The position numbers and the translations under genes were made by a program. Below are positions 13,664-16,869 of a stretch of 16,869 bases of DNA, piece by piece. Source of the stretch: Armatimonadota bacterium (GTDB lineage: Bacteria > Sysuimicrobiota > Sysuimicrobiia > Sysuimicrobiales > Kaftiobacteriaceae); assembly GCA_037440005.1 (NCBI GenBank), contig JBBIUY010000044.1:3824-20692 (forward strand), in the 5' to 3' direction. Position 1 is the stretch's first letter; each line of letters begins with the position of its first letter. The notes below the pieces were generated by a model that was not told the DNA's origin, searched no databases, and was given only the letters and a program-made list of their open reading frames with translations.

Positions 13664-14832
13664 CGGATGCCGCGGCGGTCCAGGTCGGCCAGCGCCTCCA
13701 CCACCTGCGCGCACTCCTCGGCGGTGTTGTAGAAGTAGGGGGACAGGCGGACGATCCCCGGGCGGGCGTCCACCACGATGCCCTGGCGGGCCAGGGCCCG
13801 GACCACTGCCTGCGGGTCCTGCCGGGGCACGGTGACGATGCCGGCCAGGTTCTCGACGGCGCCCGGCACGCGCGGGCGCAGGCCGGCCCGCCGGGCGCGC
13901 TCCACCAGCTCTCCCGCCAGGTCCACCTGGCGCTGGCGGATCCGCTGCACGCCCACCTCGGCCACCATCTCCGCGCCGGCCCGGGCGGCGTACACCGCCG
14001 CCACGGCGGGCGTGCCGCCCTCAAAGCGCCGCGCCCCCGGCGCGTGGGTGAAGGTCCGGACGTCGAAGGCGAACGGGTCCCGGTGGGCGAGCCACCCCAC
14101 GCTGCGGGGATACAGGCGCTCGGCCACCTCGCGGCGGACGTACAGGAAGGCGATCCCCGGCCCGCCCAACAGCCACTTGAGCCCGCCGGTGACCAGGAAG
14201 TCCACCTCCCAGGCGCGCACGGCAGTGGGCAGCTGCCCGGTGGCCTGATAGGCGTCCACCAGCACCAGCGCCCCCTGGCGGTGGGCCACCTCGGCCAGGG
14301 CGGCGACGTCCTGGACGGCGCCGCTGGTGAAGTACACCTGGGAGGTCACCACCAGCTGGGTGCGCCGGTCCACGGCCTGCCGGTAGGCGTCCACGGGGAC
14401 GGTGAGGCCGTCGGGGCTGCGGACCAGTGCCACCTGGACGCCCTCCGGTTCCCGCGCCAGCCACTGGTAGACGGTGGTGGGAAACTCCAGCTCGGAGGCC
14501 ACCACCCCGGGACGCTGCCGGTAGTCGAACGCGCTGGCCACCGCCGCCAGCGCGGCGGTCACCGACGGGAACAGGGCCACCTCGTCGGGGTCGGCTCCCA
14601 CCAGCGACGCCACGGCGGCGCGCAGGCGGTCGGCCTCGGGAAGCCACCGGTCGTACCAGGACGCCGCCCCGCGCTCGTGCCAGCCCTGCAGGAAGGTGCG
14701 GACCGCCGCCTCCACGCGCGTGGACAGGGCGCCCAGGGAGCAGGTGTTGAGGTAGGTGACGCGCCGGAGGATGGGGAACTCGGCGCGGTACGCGTCCCAC
14801 GCCGCCGGCGCAGGCGAATCCGGGGTCTGCAC
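13660..14832 (-). CDS. Class V PLP-dependent enzyme (kynureninase-like / C-S lyase-like), 390 aa
   Basis: GTG at 14832 after GGAGG; RAEFPIL..TYLNTCSLG, VDAYQATG, GGLKWLLGGPG (PLP Lys), FEGGTP, VRLSPYFYNT; no C-terminal persulfide Cys. Confidence 0.88.
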   Translation of the reverse strand: MQTPDSPAPAAWDAYRAEFPILRRVTYLNTCSLGALSTRVEAAVRTFLQGWHERGAASWYDRWLPEADRLRAAVASLVGADPDEVALFPSVTAALAAVASAFDYRQRPGVVASELEFPTTVYQWLAREPEGVQVALVRSPDGLTVPVDAYRQAVDRRTQLVVTSQVYFTSGAVQDVAALAEVAHRQGALVLVDAYQATGQLPTAVRAWEVDFLVTGGLKWLLGGPGIAFLYVRREVAERLYPRSVGWLAHRDPFAFDVRTFTHAPGARRFEGGTPAVAAVYAARAGAEMVAEVGVQRIRQRQVDLAGELVERARRAGLRPRVPGAVENLAGIVTVPRQDPQAVVRALARQGIVVDARPGIVRLSPYFYNTAEECAQVVEALADLDRRGIR

Positions 14833-14855
14833 GGGGTCCTCCGGAACCGGGGCGG

Positions 14856-16046
14856 TCAGCGGAACAGGCCGCCGGCGACCGCCGGCAGGCGGGCCAGGCG
14901 GCGGTCCACCTCGTCCAGGGTCTCGTCCCGCTTGGGGAAGGCGAAGCGGACGTAGCCGCGCCCCAGGGAGGGGTCGTGGAAGAAGCTGCTGCCGGGCACG
15001 GTGGCCACGCCGATCTCCTTGACGAGGAAGTGGGCGAAGGCCACGTCGTCGGAGGTGAACCGGTCGATGGCGGCCATGATGTAGTAGGCGCCGCCGGGGA
15101 CCAGGCAGCGGAACCCCCACCGCCGCAGGATGTCCAGCAGCCGGTCCCGCCGGCGCTGGTAAGCGGCCGCCAGGTCGGTGTAGTAGGACGGCGGGAATCC
15201 CAGCGCCTCCGCCGCCGCCTCCTGCAGGGGCGCCGCGGCGCCCACGGTGAGGAAGTCGTGGGCCTTGCGGATGCCGGTGGTCAGGGCGGCGTTGGCGCAG
15301 ACGGCCCACCCCACCCGCCAGCCGGTGACGCTGTAGGTCTTGCTGACGCTGTTGATGGTGACCGTCCGCTCGGCCATGCCGGGCAGCGCCGCCAGGCTGA
15401 TGTGGGTGCGGCCGTCGTACAGCAGGTGCTCGTACACCTCGTCGGTCACCGCCACGGCGTCGTAGTGGCGGCACAGGTCGGCGATGAGCTCCAGCTCGTC
15501 CCGGGTGAAGACCTTGCCGGTGGGGTTGTGGGGGGTGTTGACGATGACGGCCCGGGTGCGGCGGGAGAACGCCCGCCGCAGCTCGTCGGGGTCGAAGGAC
15601 ACCCGGGGGTCGTCCAGGTGCAGGCGGACGTAGCGGGGCGTCGCCCCCGCCAGGACCGTGTCGGGTCCGTAGTTCTCGTAAAAGGGCTCGAAGATGACCA
15701 CCTCGTCGCCGGGATCCACCAGGGCCAGCAGGGTCGCCACCATGGCCTCGGTGGCCCCGCAGGTGACGGTGATGTGCTGTTCGGGGTCCACCTCCAGCCC
15801 GTTGTACCAGGCCACCTTGGCCGCGATGGCCCGCCGCAGCCGGGGGGAGCCCCAGGTGATGGCGTACTGGTGGTAGCCGTCCCGCAGGGCCCGCACGGCG
15901 GCCTCCACCAGCGCGGCGGGAGGGTCGAAGTCGGGAAATCCCTGGGCCAGGTTGACGCCTCCGTGCAGCTGGCTGAGCCGGGTCATCTCCCGGATGACCG
16001 ACTCGGTGAAGACGCCCACCCGGGCGGCGGTGACGCGCTGGGACAC
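14856..16046 (-). CDS. Class I/II aminotransferase (YbdL / kynurenine aminotransferase-like), 396 aa
   Basis: VNLAQGFPDF, VTCGATEA, FEPFYENY, NTPHNPTGKV, TDEVYE, SVSKTYSVTGWRVG (PLP Lys), VRFAF; GTG 16046 has the better AGGAGG spacing (alternative 16052). Confidence 0.92.
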   Translation of the reverse strand: MSQRVTAARVGVFTESVIREMTRLSQLHGGVNLAQGFPDFDPPAALVEAAVRALRDGYHQYAITWGSPRLRRAIAAKVAWYNGLEVDPEQHITVTCGATEAMVATLLALVDPGDEVVIFEPFYENYGPDTVLAGATPRYVRLHLDDPRVSFDPDELRRAFSRRTRAVIVNTPHNPTGKVFTRDELELIADLCRHYDAVAVTDEVYEHLLYDGRTHISLAALPGMAERTVTINSVSKTYSVTGWRVGWAVCANAALTTGIRKAHDFLTVGAAAPLQEAAAEALGFPPSYYTDLAAAYQRRRDRLLDILRRWGFRCLVPGGAYYIMAAIDRFTSDDVAFAHFLVKEIGVATVPGSSFFHDPSLGRGYVRFAFPKRDETLDEVDRRLARLPAVAGGLFR

Positions 16047-16112
16047 GGGCACCCCTCCTGGGCTGTGACGTGCTGGATAGGTGTTAGACGCCGCCGGGGC
16101 GGACCCTGCCGG

Positions 16113-16586
16113 TCAGTCCCGGCCCAGCAGCTGGCGCACCAGCTCCCGGGCGTCGAAGTAGACCCGCTGCCGGACGATCTTGCCGTCCCGGACGTCCACG
16201 AACATGGCGAAGTCGTGCTGGTAGGTCCGGCCGCCCGCGGGCACCCGCCCGGGGATCCGCAGGTGCAGGGTGCGGTGCCGGCCGGTGGCGGTGCCCTCCA
16301 CCGCCGCGGTGTGCCCCTGGGTGATCACCACCCGGTAGGCGCTGGTCTCCTCCCAGTTGTCGAAGAACGACTGGTAGGCCCGCCGGATCTGCGCCTTGCC
16401 CTCCACCCGGGGGCTGGCGGGAAACTCCAGCACGGCGTCCTCGGCGTACAGCGCCATCAGGGCGTCCAGGTCCCGGGCGTTGACGGCGCGCCGGTGCGCC
16501 TCCAGCAGACCGGCCAGATCGGGGCGGGACGCCGCAGACCGCCGGGGCGTCCCCGGACGGGTCTGCGGCCGAGACGTCTCACCCAC
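16113..16586 (-). CDS. NTF2/SnoaL-like protein, ~157 aa
   Basis: AVNARDLDALMALYAEDAVL, GKAQIRRAY, AAVEGTATGRH, VRDGKIVRQRVYFD; GTG 16586 after GAGGT (alternative 16601). Confidence 0.88.
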   Translation of the reverse strand: MGETSRPQTRPGTPRRSAASRPDLAGLLEAHRRAVNARDLDALMALYAEDAVLEFPASPRVEGKAQIRRAYQSFFDNWEETSAYRVVITQGHTAAVEGTATGRHRTLHLRIPGRVPAGGRTYQHDFAMFVDVRDGKIVRQRVYFDARELVRQLLGRD

Positions 16587-16623
16587 GGGGCGACCTCGCA
16601 CCGGCCGGGGGGAGCGCGGGTGC

Positions 16624-16869
16624 CTACCCGTGCAGGACCCGCTCCACCGAGTACACCTCGGGCACCCGCCCGACCTTCTCCATCACCGTGTGCAGCTGGG
16701 CCAGGTTGCGGATGTCCAGCACCACGTTGATCACGCCGATCCTGTCCCGCCGCACCCGGGCGTTGACCGAGACCACGTTGGTCTTGGTGTCGGCGATGGC
16801 CGCCAGGATGTCCTTGAGCAGGCCCACCCGGTCAAACGCCGCCACCTCGATCTCCACCGGATAGCTGCC
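16624..16869 (-). CDS. relA: C-terminal ACT domain of a RelA/SpoT (p)ppGpp synthetase/hydrolase (partial, runs off the right edge)
   Basis: YPVEIEVAAFDRVGLLKDI...TNVVSVNAR...IRNLAQLHTVMEKV..VPEVYSVER is the Rel ACT pattern; synteny with hisS-aspS supports it. Confidence 0.85.
   Translation of the reverse strand, partial: GSYPVEIEVAAFDRVGLLKDILAAIADTKTNVVSVNARVRRDRIGVINVVLDIRNLAQLHTVMEKVGRVPEVYSVERVLHG

Noticed and set aside
13660..14832. Class V PLP enzyme as the cysteine desulfurase for MnmA
   Set aside because: It lacks the catalytic Cys loop (SGSAC or RxGHHC) of IscS/SufS; the Lys motif is kynureninase-like.

Overview
Very GC-rich bacterial chromosomal window, mostly housekeeping genes. 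The backbone follows the Bacillota/Terrabacteria-like order on the minus strand: relA (3' end only) ... hisS-aspS-6S RNA-rarA-mnmA, followed by an S41 protease, a CCA-adding enzyme and a 55-aa membrane protein missed by the ORF track. Plus-strand genes are hup (HU), a class V FBP aldolase/phosphatase and a sugar-phosphate nucleotidyltransferase. A four-gene metabolic block (SnoaL-like protein, class I/II aminotransferase, class V PLP enzyme, histidine phosphatase) follows relA. The least explained element is at the left: a stand-alone LeuA-regulatory-like domain protein, an orphan Soj/ParA ATPase with no ParB, and an overlapping 131-aa partner carrying a ParB-like N-terminal peptide and a Cys-rich C-terminal domain, behind a sigma-H-like promoter. 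It is a candidate undescribed ParA-based positioning system. Six degenerate 7- or 8-mer tandem arrays sit in four intergenic spaces with consistent strand polarity. All calls come from reading the sequence; no database search was run.
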